Source: Lama glama (taxonomy: Eukaryota). From it: a DNA stretch of 64,000 nt. Where the stretch lies: contig CM052816.1 in NCBI GenBank assembly GCA_028534125.1, positions 56,112,001-56,176,000 of the forward strand, given 5' to 3'. Every line of letters starts with the position of its first letter. Positions within the stretch are counted from its first letter, which is position 1. Below are positions 9,957-21,343 of the stretch, in pieces. Under the pieces are notes generated by a model. It had not been told where the DNA came from and did not search any database. It worked only from the letters and a program-made list of their open reading frames with translations. Made by a program: the position numbers and the translations under genes.

Positions 9957-12775
9957 CCAGCTTATGTCCTTGGCTTTCATTTTTGGTAGGTTTGGAACTG
10001 CGCCCCACAATCTTAGACTGAGACGGCAGGGATAAGCTACTCTAGGAACCGCAGTTATGAGAACTTAAGTCAGATCAGAGCTTCGTTTGTCCCTTCGGGC
10101 TTACTCCCTCTTGATTTGTTCTGTGAGGGCAGGTTACAAGCAAGCTAGCCTCTGTGTGTACATTGAGTTGCCAGAACAAAGGGCTTTGCCTGGGAAAACT
10201 GAAAGCAAAAAATAAACCCCAAAACCCCCAATTGTTTTTTTTTCTTTTTTTTTTTGTTGTTGTTGAAGTAATTTATTTAAAAATGAACAAAATGGTTATT
10301 CTTATGATCCAAAGAGAATCTTGAAACAATCCTACTTTTTAGACCTATTGTATGTACTCAGATTTTCACTTAAGTTTGAGAATGCTTTGAGATCATTTAG
10401 GTTGTTTTTAAAACTGCTTGGTCCTTAAATGAAAAAAATGTGTTGTGACTTTGTGTCATTATTTGAGGTGCTAAGGATTGACGTTGAAAGTTTATTCAGT
10501 CTACTGTCAGGTGACGTTGTTAAATTTTATTTTGGGATGTTGGCATTTCAGAAAGATTTAAAGTTGAGATGAAATCTTTAGCAGGCAAAATAGCAAACCC
10601 TCCTTATTCATGTAGAATTTTTGAATACTTGTGTCCCCTACATTTTCTTTAGTTTATTGGTCAGAGGTAAGCTAGACCATTTCATTCTAAGTGAAAGTTA
10701 AGCTCTTTGACCATTTGTTTTCTTAACAGATGCTAATCAAGTGAAAGAATAAGTATGACTTAATACTAGTGTATCTATCAAACATTTATGCTGTTTTATA
10801 CATTTTGTGAGAAATTTTTGTTAATACCACAAATAGGGAAATAAAGATTTAGTAAATTCTTAACCTTTTCATTTTTAATTTCTTAAAATAGGTTTAAAAG
10901 CCTAACACTGATTTACTTTTTTACTTGGATTCTTCATTGTTCTCTTTAAAATACTTTCTTTAAAGTATTTTAGTGTATAATTTAAGACTGAGCTCACTGA
11001 CAACTCTTAACATGTGAATAGTCGCTGAGTTTACAAAAAAGGTTAGTTATTCATATATGATCCCTAAGGACTAACAGTATAAACTTATTAAACTTGTTTG
11101 GTTTATTCTTAAACAGTAAGTGCATTTTAAGAAGTTTCAGAACTTTTTGTTTAAGTAAGAAAATTTCTGTCACGTGTCTCTGACAGAATGTTATTTTGGG
11201 GTTTATAGATGGTAGATGAAAAAAAAGTTAGGTCACATGGAAAAACCGAATTTTCGTGTTCCGTAACGACGAGTTCTATACTCAGTAGGTGAGGACAGAC
11301 TTTGTAACAGCATTTATCCTCAATAAGGAATCTAAAGAAAACTTAATCAGATCACTTACACTTTTTGCAAAAGGCATTAAAAAACCTCTGGGAATTCCAG
11401 AGGATTGCAGTCATACTTCAGCCAGATAAGCTAGTTGTTGAGTGTCCAGTCACATTTCTGTAGTCCTTTGTGAACTGCTTTTTTCTGTTTAGAAGTCTCA
11501 TTTGTGGAGAAGGGAAGTTCACTTCAGTTTGTATAAATACGTATATATTTCCTTGTGTAATATAAAGCAGACAGTTATTAGCAAAATTTTAGTTCTACTT
11601 TCAAGTTTAAATTATTCAATTGCTAGACATCACAGAAATATATTGAAGAATTTATTATAAAGTTCCTCTACAACTTTTAAAGGTGAGAGGGTCTATTATG
11701 GTTTTTTATAAAATCAAATAGCATGACAGAATGTCTATCTTCTACTACTTAAAATGTGTCTATATTCATGGTGTTTCCATTCAGTGCAGAGAATTATCAT
11801 GGCAAGGATAAAAATTGCTAGTGATTAATGGTTCACTTTTAGCTGACCACCGAACACCACCTAAAAAGGTTTCAGTGATTGTAGAAAAATATCTTGAAGG
11901 TTTATGATTGCATCAAATTGAGCCTTTACCTAGTATCTAAATACCTGCTCTTACATTCTGCTTTACCCTTAGGGATTACCTTCTAAGGTTTGGTCACACC
12001 AGCAAACTGAAACAGATCTTAATGTAAATAAAAAATTTATACTAACATTACTCATCTGTGTAACAGTATTTTAGAAGTTTCTGCCTTGTATGTCCACTAG
12101 TAGCAATATGATGTTTGAAGTGTTATCCAGTCTTTCATGGGTGTGATTAGTTAAAATGTTAATGCTTCTGTTTGCATACTTAGTATCAAGCTTTATTTGT
12201 ACAAGCTAGTTAACTTGCTTATTTTTGGTTGTGAAAAATAAGCAAACCTCAGTTCTGTATCTAGTGTTTAGCTAATTTCTTTTCTTTCATCCTCCAAAAC
12301 TTGTTATTCACACCTTTCCCATTTCTCTTAGTGGCAAAATCATTTGTTAAACTTTTAAGTGTAAGGAAGGTTAGCTTCTGTTATCTTGAAGTAATTGTGT
12401 CATACTGGATAGCCACTCCGGAGGAACTAGCCTTTCTTTTTCTAAGTGTCTCTGTGTTCTAAAACTTTACTGTGTTTATAGAACTTAGAAAAGATGTTAT
12501 ATTATTCAGAATAGCAAGATTTACTCAAGTACTTATGTTTGTTTTCTTGGTAGTTTTTTTTTTTTTAAACAGTAGTAATTAAATCTATATTTTGTGATTG
12601 TTTCCTGGTCTGTGTTTTGAAATTCCTTCCCTTTCCCCTAATTTCATTGGTGAAGATGTGTTTAGATACTGAGTTTGTTTAGACATTGATTTTTGTTAAT
12701 GGCACAATTTAATCACATTGGTTGTACTTTCAAGACAAGACTTTAAAAAATAAACAGAATTTAAAACAATTAATG
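9045..12775 (+). other. FAM169A: FAM169A long 3'UTR (distal end approximate)
   Basis: Repeat-poor AT-rich stretch after the stop; AATAAA at 9044, 9115 and about 12749; TGTAAATA Pumilio-type motifs at 9241 and 12023. Confidence 0.6.
9923..9958 (+). repeat. (TGCC)9 microsatellite in FAM169A 3'UTR
   Basis: Nine perfect units. Confidence 0.95.
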
Positions 12776-13039
12776 TGATTATAAATTAATGTAATATATA
12801 GGCACCCTAAGTCTCAGTCACAAACGTTAACTCAGATCGTAGACGTGTTTTTGACAACTATATAGCATGACCCTTTTAATGTTATCTAAGTAACTAGATT
12901 TCTCTCTAAGGGTATCAGTGTAGTCTTTTTTAAAGTATTTTACCTGGGATTATTTAAACAAATTTTTACTGTTCTAAAAATATACAACCCTAGGTTTAAA
13001 GTATAGAAAATGCTTAAAGTACAATCATTTTGGTGGGTC

Positions 13040-13242
13040 TTTTTTCTTTTTCTTTTTCTTTTTGAGTAAAGGTAGATTTGTTCAGAAAGATACATACTCC
13101 ATAGACAGAGTGCAGGTTGTTTCAGAAGGCAAGAGAGACAAAGGTCACGAGATGTGGGGGTTGGGTACTTACTTTAAAGTAAAAGTAGATACACACTCCA
13201 TAGACAGAGTGTGGCCCAGCTCATTCAGAAGGGAGAGTGGCC
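13040..13242 (-). mobile_element. Poly(A)-tailed ERV-LTR-like retrocopy with internal duplication
   Basis: T-rich tail 13040-13063; 25-bp repeat 13088-13112 / 13187-13211; flanking cattttggt repeat. Confidence 0.55.
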
Positions 13243-13803
13243 CATTTTGGTTTATTTTTCTCATATGTCTTGAATAGAAAATATAGTTCCAAGTACATGG
13301 TATTATACATGATGAATGAGAGGGGAAAAATGTTTAAAATATTAATTCCCTCCATGACTTACTGTAGGAAAAAGTTAAGGATTAATTAGGGGTAAAAAGT
13401 TTTATCTAAGTTCTTCTGAACTTTATAGTGTAGTGTGCCTTCTCTCATATACTTTTAGTTTATAAAGTATTTTCATTTAAACGTTGTGTTAATGCTGTAT
13501 TTCTTAGGATTCTTAGGATCAGTAATCTACGATGAGGTGGAAGAGACCTTGGGTAGACATGAGTTTCTTGGCCTAGACCTCACATTTAAGTACACACTAA
13601 CCTTTATGATAAAAGGTGTTTTCAACTACAGTGGCTTTTCTAATAATGACAGACCTGCACTGCTTAGTACCACTTATTAATGCAGATACTGAGGAAGCAG
13701 GATATTTCTATAATTGATTTTTTAATCATTCAGTTTTATGGACATCTAAACACTGAACAGACACAAAAGACCAATTTGTAAAACTAGGCCATTTTAATGT
13801 TTG

Positions 13804-13809
13804 TTTATT
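13804..13809 (-). terminator. NSA2: NSA2 poly(A) signal AATAAA
   Basis: tttatt on + strand about 140 nt after the stop codon. Confidence 0.7.
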
Positions 13810-13948
13810 TTATAACAATAAAGTAGTTTTCTTGATGACTACAGACATGTAAGGCTGATTGGCAGTATTCAGAAACATCACAGTAATAGTTTCCTGATTG
13901 AGGTGTAATTTTCAGTAACTATAAGGAGTTATTTGTGTGTAACCGCTA

Positions 13949-14016
13949 TCAAACCAGTAAGACGGCATTTATGCAGCCATCATTTTCAGGGTTGTTGGTA
14001 ACCTGGGCGTATTTTC
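13949..14016 (-). CDS. NSA2: NSA2 exon 6 (last coding)
   Basis: (G)[26 protein letters not shown] acceptor at 14018-14017. Confidence 0.97.
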
Positions 14017-14897
14017 CTAAGGGAAACAAAACAGAAAAAGGAGAGATGTTAGGTAATAATTAACTTTAAAGAATACATATAACCTTTGCCCAAAATATTT
14101 ATAGTTTTAGAAAAGAAAAAATGAACAATAGTAGGATAGGTGAAATTTTATAAAATTAAATCACTCAGGACCAAGCTTGAGTTCCGAATATAATTTTTAT
14201 ATAAATACTGTTTTTACAAATGGCCAACTCCATACTGTTAGCAAGTTGTATTAATAATAAGCCTTTGTGCATTGACCTGAGCATTACTATTGTCCCACAC
14301 CATTCTCACTGGAAAAAGCACCAAGTATTAAGTTTCAACCTATTAACAACCTATTTTAAAATTGAGGACAGCCAACATGAAGTACATGCCAATGACTCGT
14401 TGAAGTTTCAAACTACAGAGTGCATTCTTTTAAAGAATATTAAAGTTTAGAAATATCAGGGTACTAAAAGCAGAAAACTAAGAAAATGAGGAAAAAAATT
14501 TAAATCACTGCATGATGTATTTCAGGTTTAAATTATTACTGAAATAGTGTGGCTATGTTTGATGTTTGCCTCCCTTTCCCCATTCATGGTTATTTTATTG
14601 TATTTTCTAACAGTATTTTTCAGTTATAATCATACTTCCCATCTGCTTTCCTCGTAATGCCTTTTTAAATAAACAGCATCAAAAAATATCTAGCAATGTA
14701 GTATATCTTATATAACTGAAGCCATAACTTAAGAACTGCATTCATAGCTACTTTTTCTACAAAAAGTATTCTTAAAGATTGAAATCTGATTCACATCACG
14801 TTTAACTGCACTAAAATTTGCTTTGTCCTTTGTCAATTTCAGGATTTCTATTTTAGAATTCTAACACCAGTAGCCCCATATTCAAAAATTAACTTAC

Positions 14898-15090
14898 CCC
14901 AGATGACCTTGCCTCCCTGTGTCACAAGGCCCAACTCGCTCACGTTCACTTCAATGACGGTACCTTTGGTGATAACACCCAAGCTCGTGTATAGTGGGGA
15001 TGAGGGATTCTTCTTCACACCAAGTATCGGCAGGCAAAAGGTAGCTTTCAGCTCAGGATGTGTTACGTGGGCCTTCTTGAAACGTAAGCC
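14898..15090 (-). CDS. NSA2: NSA2 exon 5
   Basis: [21 protein letters not shown]...QGGKVIW; canonical AG/GT. Confidence 0.97.
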
Positions 15091-16886
15091 CTAGTAAGTC
15101 AAACACAAGAATGTTTTGAATCGAAAATGTTAAGTATGATGAATAATGATCCTTTTTGCTTATCTTTTCCAATCATTTCCCCATCCCGCCAAAAAAGGAC
15201 TGAATAATGTCCAATCTTAAGGCATCACAGCAAATACTTAGAATTAATCCTACAGACTAAAAACCTGACAGTTACAGGAAAGTATATAGGGAAAACACCC
15301 AAACATGTACTGAAAAGTTTTCACTGTGGAACAGCTAGCCAGCATCATACTCAGATTTTCCTCTATTCAGTTATCTACACTCACTGAAGACTTGCTACAT
15401 ACCAGGCACTCTGCTGGAACTCACAAACAGCTCATTTAAACATGATAACCTTAAAACTCCTCCTATTTTTTTTTAAACTATAAAACAAGGATCAGCAGAT
15501 TAAATGACTTGTTCTCATACTAAACAGTGTGAGGATGGAATCAAACTTAAGTATCCTGATTCCAAGTCTTTGTATGCATCAGCCACCTTTCATGATGAAA
15601 AAGTCTGTCAGCTTTCTTTGTGCTGATGATAATACTGGTCAAAGACGAGAGAGCCCAGAGAGGTCTCTATTACAGACCAGATTCACCCAATCACCTAGGC
15701 ATAGTCTTTCAGGGTAGAGCACTTTAGAAGCCACAATGCTTTGTAGTCTCTTCAATTTGATTTTTGTCTGTATGTGAGTAGGGGGCAAATGACAGTAAAT
15801 CAGATTCTTAGTAATACACTCATTAATCAAGCTTATATACCACTCAGAATGCTATCTGATTAATTCATAGCAAGAAACGTCTGCTAAGCTACAGTAAGTC
15901 TACAACAGCTTGACTAGTATATTTCTCTCCCTGTAGAACTTGATAAGGTTACCAAAATGCATTTAGAAGATTGTGAATATGAAATGAAAACAAGGGGAGT
16001 ACATGATGAGATTCAGGAATGAGTGAACACTTTCTGTAAATGACCAGATAGCGAACATTTTATTTTAGGCTTTGCAGGCCATATGGTCTGTTAGATACTC
16101 AAACTCTGCAAGAAAAAAATAGCCACTGACAATATGTAAATGAATAACCATGGCTGTGTTCTAGCAGAACTTTATTTATAGAAGCAGGCTGTTTGACAAC
16201 ATTTTAATCCATTGAAAATTATTCAGGTTTAAGAGATAGAGTAACACTGCCAACTTTCCTGATTCTTTGTTTTTCTAAGCAAGCTGATATCCAGTTGGGA
16301 GATTAGTTCATTCTGTTTAAAGGGATTTTGCAAAATATATCTTCAGTTATACTTGGGGAGGCAAGGAGGAAATTGGTTTTGACCATCACTGCTGTCAAAA
16401 TATTCAAGTCCCATTTTAGTATTATATTCTCTTTTTTTCAATGATTGCATACTAAGTATTTTCAAAAGCATTAAGATACTTTTGTTACTAAACTGGAATT
16501 AACTTTAAAAAATCCCATTCAAGTTTTCTAACTGTTCACAAAGACAAGTGTCAGGCATATAGTAATCACTTGCTGAATGAGTAAAATGACTTTGTATATG
16601 GAAAAGTGAAGATTCTAAGGTCATGTTTAAAAGTTAGGATTCACTGACAGTCTCTGTAATGAAATTTTTTTTCACCTCTTGTTAACCTGAAGATAAGATT
16701 CTTGATAGTCGTGGAAAAGTTCTAAGCAATTCCTGTGATAACCTAAAATAACAAAAATAGCCTAAAAACATCTTTCAACCTTTTTTTTATGTATCAATTC
16801 TAAGAATATTGGGAAATTGTACATCACTTTATCCAGTTTAACACAGGAAATGATATTTAAACCACTGGGCTCTAGTAGGGACTTAC

Positions 16887-17066
16887 CATTGGCCTAATGA
16901 ATCTTTCATATTTAGGTGGTTTTCGAGTAAAACCATCTCCAACAAAGCAGACTTTAGTAACCATCCTCTTCCAGGCTTTCTTCTTCCTCTTTCCTGTTCG
17001 GATAACTTTTAATACTTCTGTTTCTCCCTGGGCACGAACTTTGGGCAGCGGGACTTCCCATTTTCC
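16887..17066 (-). CDS. NSA2: NSA2 exon 4
   Basis: [15 protein letters not shown]...YERFIRPM; 180 nt, canonical sites. Confidence 0.97.
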
Positions 17067-17131
17067 CTAAAATAGACCACAGTTAAAATTTATAGTTAGT
17101 AAAAGGCAATGAGGATAAAAAATCAAATATG

Positions 17132-17440
17132 AAAATGCTATATATTGCTTATATGTAGAATCTAAAAAAAAAAGGCACAAATGAACCTACCTACAAAACA
17201 GAAACAGACTCACAGACATAGAAAACAATCTTATGGTTGCCAGAGGGTAAAGGGGTGGGAAGGGATAAATTGGGAATTAGAAAATTGCACCTCTTGGGGA
17301 GTGGTGGAAATGTTAGCTATCTTGTTTGCGGTGGTGGTTACTTAGTGTATACATCTATCAAAATTCATCAAACTGTATATCTGAAATATGTATAATTTAC
17401 TGTACAGGAATCATACCACAATAAAGGTATTAAAAGAAAG
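17132..17440 (+). mobile_element. Truncated L1 with variant (chimeric) 3' end
   Basis: L1 3'UTR motifs, AATAAA, TSD tcaaatatg at 17123-17131 and 17441-17449. Confidence 0.75.
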
Positions 17441-18719
17441 TCAAATATGTTTTAGTTGTTCAAAGTAGTAGATTCATTTTTTTTGCTTAACTAACAAGAT
17501 TTTGGCTCTATTGTTTTCTAGAGGTCTGCACCGTCTCCTCAGAAACTCCTAATTAATCAGAACTACTTAAGTTTACATATCGTGGGTACATTAAAAAAAA
17601 AAAGACTTGCCAAAAAACCTTTAATGCCTTGTTATGGACAAAAAATACTGTAATATGGCAGTAATTTCTCTAAGCAGTATGTATGTTTGATATTAAATAG
17701 TAAACAGTGTAAAACTGGAAGACTGTCTCCACCTTTTAACACATCTCTGTACTTCTACGTCGAGTGGATTTTAAGATTACGTTACTAGTAAGAAAATCAT
17801 CACCTGATATTTTGTACGACCCTAGAATGCAAATCCTATGAGAAAACGGAAGCAGTTTAAGGCAGTAGGAAGAATTTTGGACTTATTACTATAAGTCACA
17901 GGTTCCAGAAGCAACTACCATTTCATAGGTAAGTGCCCGTAAGAGTAATTTACAATCTCATGGACTACAGTCTCTTCATCTGTGAAATGAGGAGGAGTTA
18001 AGTAGATAATCTGTAAAGTTTGTTTTGGTCCTAAGTTCTACCGTTCTAATTTTGAAAACTGCATGCCAAAAATTAGCGGTAAGATTTTTAAAATCAAATT
18101 TGAAACCGTAAGTTCTTTAACTATAGATACTGCATATTCCGCTATCTAGATTTCTGTCAACTTATACACAGGTATTTAAAATAGTTTCTATGTCTTTTCC
18201 TTTGCTTTTAGCAGAATTTAACCTAATCTGACACCAAACGCAACCCTATTTTTTTAAAAAACTGGAATTTTTAAGTCAAATCACTTAGGATATTTTCCAC
18301 CATTCTACTTTTTAACCAGTTTTGGCACACTGCAGGATAGAAAAACCAAGAAGCAGATATATCTTTCTACACAAAAATACGTTAGTTGTCAAGTATAGGA
18401 AGCCACTAGAACACTGAATGAGATTCACTGCTTACTTACAACCTTTTTGTTTTTAAATAATTTTTTAAAAAACTAAAGATGTATGGCATTCTAAAATTTT
18501 TAAAAACCCACTGAATGCCAAAATGTTCTGGTGATGAAAAACAGTTTTTATTACTTAAACATTTTATACAAAATGAAATTTACAAAGACTTCAATATCTA
18601 AACAATGAGAATAGTTGGAATTCATTTTTCCAATTAAACTGAAGAAAGAAACCAAGAATCTCAAATTCGAATTTTCCTGAACAACATCAAAAATAAAGAC
18701 TCCAATTTTTATTGCTTAC

Positions 18720-18870
18720 CGCTTTCTCTTTTCTTTTTTGTTTAATCATATTGGAAAGTACTTTAGCTCGGGACTGTCCCTCTCTGTCCAGTAGATATGC
18801 AGGTACTGCTCCTTGTGGAGTCTTTTCATCATTCTTCTGTTTGGTGTTTCTCTTTTCGTGCATCTTGATA
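18720..18870 (-). CDS. NSA2: NSA2 exon 3
   Basis: [12 protein letters not shown]...KQKRKEKA; canonical sites; 92-nt intron upstream. Confidence 0.97.
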
Positions 18871-18962
18871 CTACCAAGAAGGGAAAAGATTCAAGATGAT
18901 CAGTTTTAATAACTGTTACTCAAAAGGTGTTACCTTGATACAACAAATAAATGATCACTTAC

Positions 18963-19150
18963 GTCTTTTTCATTTGTATTTTCTCAGCATGGCGCTGTTT
19001 ATGGTACAGCTTAGCTTTCAGACCAATCATCTTTTTTGCCTTCTTTGAACGTTCATGAGCCTCTCGGCCTTCCTTCTTTCTCTTTTTCTCATGGTAATCC
19101 AAACGGTATCCATAGCGCTTACGGTGTAACTCAATATATTCGTTTTGTGG
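18963..19150 (-). CDS. NSA2: NSA2 exon 2
   Basis: [21 protein letters not shown]...IQMKK, conserved Nsa2 N-terminus. Confidence 0.97.
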
Positions 19151-19774
19151 CTGTAGCAATGCAACAGGCGTTACTTTAATTTTAAAAAACTGCTGACAAA
19201 ATTATTCTTTAATACTTTCTTTTGAGCAGCATATAAAGTACAGAAGATCCAATGTCATCCACCATTCACTTGATTAAGTAACTCTTGCACTATTAAGCCT
19301 ATTCACATGATGTAAGTTTTTTTTTTTTTAACTGAAGTATAGTCAGTTTACACTATGTCAGTTTCTGGTGTACAGCATAATGTTTCAGTATACATGTACG
19401 TACATTTTGATCCTGAATGATATGAGGCATTAAGATTTACATCTGTAGTAATCTCAGTGAAAGTTACTGTTCATTGAAGGGAACTGTCCAAAATCCACCG
19501 GACCACAAAAGGGATAAACTGATTCCAGGATCTCTTTTCTTAATATCAACAATCTTGTTTTTCAGTATCATCATTATTCATACTTCTTATTTAAACATTT
19601 AAAAATTTTACTCAGTTTTATTGAAGTATAATATACATACATACAGTGGAATGTGCCCTTTTCAGGTGTATATATAGAGTTATAAGTTTTGACAAGTTCT
19701 ACAGTTCTGTAATCACAATCAAGACTGAGAATATTTCCAACACCCCAGAAAGTTCCCTTGTGTCACTCTGGTCA

Positions 19775-19809
19775 GCGCCGCTGGTGTAGTGGTATCATGC
19801 AAGATTCCC
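19775..19809 (+). pseudogene. Tailless retrocopy of tRNA-Gly(CCC) 5' half
   Basis: GCGCCGCTGGTGTAGTGGTATCATGCAAGATTCCC; 16-bp TSD cccttgtgtcactctg at 19755-19770 and 19808-19823. Confidence 0.9.
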
Positions 19810-20867
19810 CTTGTGTCACTCTGAAGTCAATCCTCTTTTTCCACCTTCAATTTGGTATCTATTGTTCTAGTTTTGCCTTTCCCAGCAGGAAATGTAAACG
19901 GAACCTACAGTAATGAGGATTTTTCATCTACTTTTTCACTTAGCGTAAGACTTTGAGATCCCCTCATGTTACATATATCCACACTTCAATTTTTAATTAA
20001 CAAGTAGTATCCCACTGTATGGATACACCACCGTTTGTTTATTTATTTACCAAGTGATGGATATTTGGGTTGTTTCCAGTTTTTAGTGAGTAAATACTTG
20101 CACCTAAGTCTTTGTGCGGACATATGCCAAACTGTTTTCAAAGTGGCTGTACTAATTTGCGTTTCACCAACAATGTGTGGGATCTCCTTTTGCTTTTTAA
20201 GTGCCTGTTTTATTTTATACAGTAATGTTTTATTTTAAACATGCGGCTCCATTCCATGTGTACTTTTAAGACTACAAAAATAAAACAATGCAAAGCCAAC
20301 TCCCGTACGGAGAGTAAAGTAACAACGAGGTAGTTGGGATCAGGTGTGGAGTTTTCAACTGCTATCACATAAACTTTGCAGCAACCGTGAGAAAGGTCTG
20401 AAGAATGCCATTTTGCAGAGAAATAGAGATTAAAGATGTAGTAAAAAAGACAGAATCTGGCAGCCCGATTTGGGCTGTATGCTTGGTTCTGCAATTCATT
20501 AGTGGCTTGGCTGGTGACAAGGTGTGCCTTCAGTGTGCTCCGCAGAGATGAGAATCAATGCGAGATTAAATCCTACGGTAGAGTTATCAGTAGGCTCTGA
20601 CACTGATGTCCACACAACTTTCAGCGAAGCCAGGAATTGAATAAAGTGAAACCCGTCTGGCTCCAAAGCCTGTGCTCTGGCAAATACCCGACTCTATGGC
20701 CCCAAAGTGAACGTCTTCACTTTACAGAGCGCACCGCACGGTGTCCACCCTCATTCCCTCAACAGTACCTCACTTCTGCCTACCACCTCTCACTGCCAGC
20801 CCCAGCGCCCTCAAGCCCCGCCAACTCTGATGCCGTCGGTCGCGAGCGCCCGAGGAGACCCTCTCAC

Positions 20868-20870
20868 CAT
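20868..20870 (-). CDS. NSA2: NSA2 exon 1 coding part (ATG only)
   Basis: GCCGTCACC-ATG|GTGAGA on minus strand; exon lengths sum to 783 nt = 260 aa + stop. Confidence 0.92.
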
Positions 20871-21129
20871 GGTGACGGCCGCCGAGCCGCCGGGTGCAGC
20901 AGCCGGGAAGCGAAGAAGCTCTCAATTTTCGGGTCTCAGAGACCCACGAGCCGACTACACACCACCAGCGACAGGAAAGGGACGCTTCTAAAAAGGCCGA
21001 CTTCAGAGAGAACGCAACGCAGCCGTTCCGACCCTCGGTTCTCCACTTTCAGCTAGAAGTGCGGAAGTTGCTGGCCGGCGGCCTTTGAGTGGGGCACCAC
21101 CGGAAGTGGTGAAGAGCGGCGCTGGCGGA

Positions 21130-21343
21130 AGTGGTAAAGCGCAGCGCCGGCGGAGGCAGAGGGCAAGAGCGGCGCCGGCGCGGGGAGAGCGAAAGAAATT
21201 AGCTTCCCTCCGCCCGTCCCTGGGCGTTCGCTGAGGTAGGGCGTCGCGACAGAAGGCCTTTGCAAGCTTGGGGGCGGCCCGCACCTCCGCTCTCACCAGC
21301 CTGGCGGGAAAAAGCCGGCCTTCGGTATGCGACCGAGTGACAG
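21130..21343 (+). other. GFM2: GFM2 non-coding exon 1 (start approximate)
   Basis: Strong donor CAG|GTGAGT at 21343/21344 (weaker alternative GAG|GTAGGG at 21235) within the island. Confidence 0.65.
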
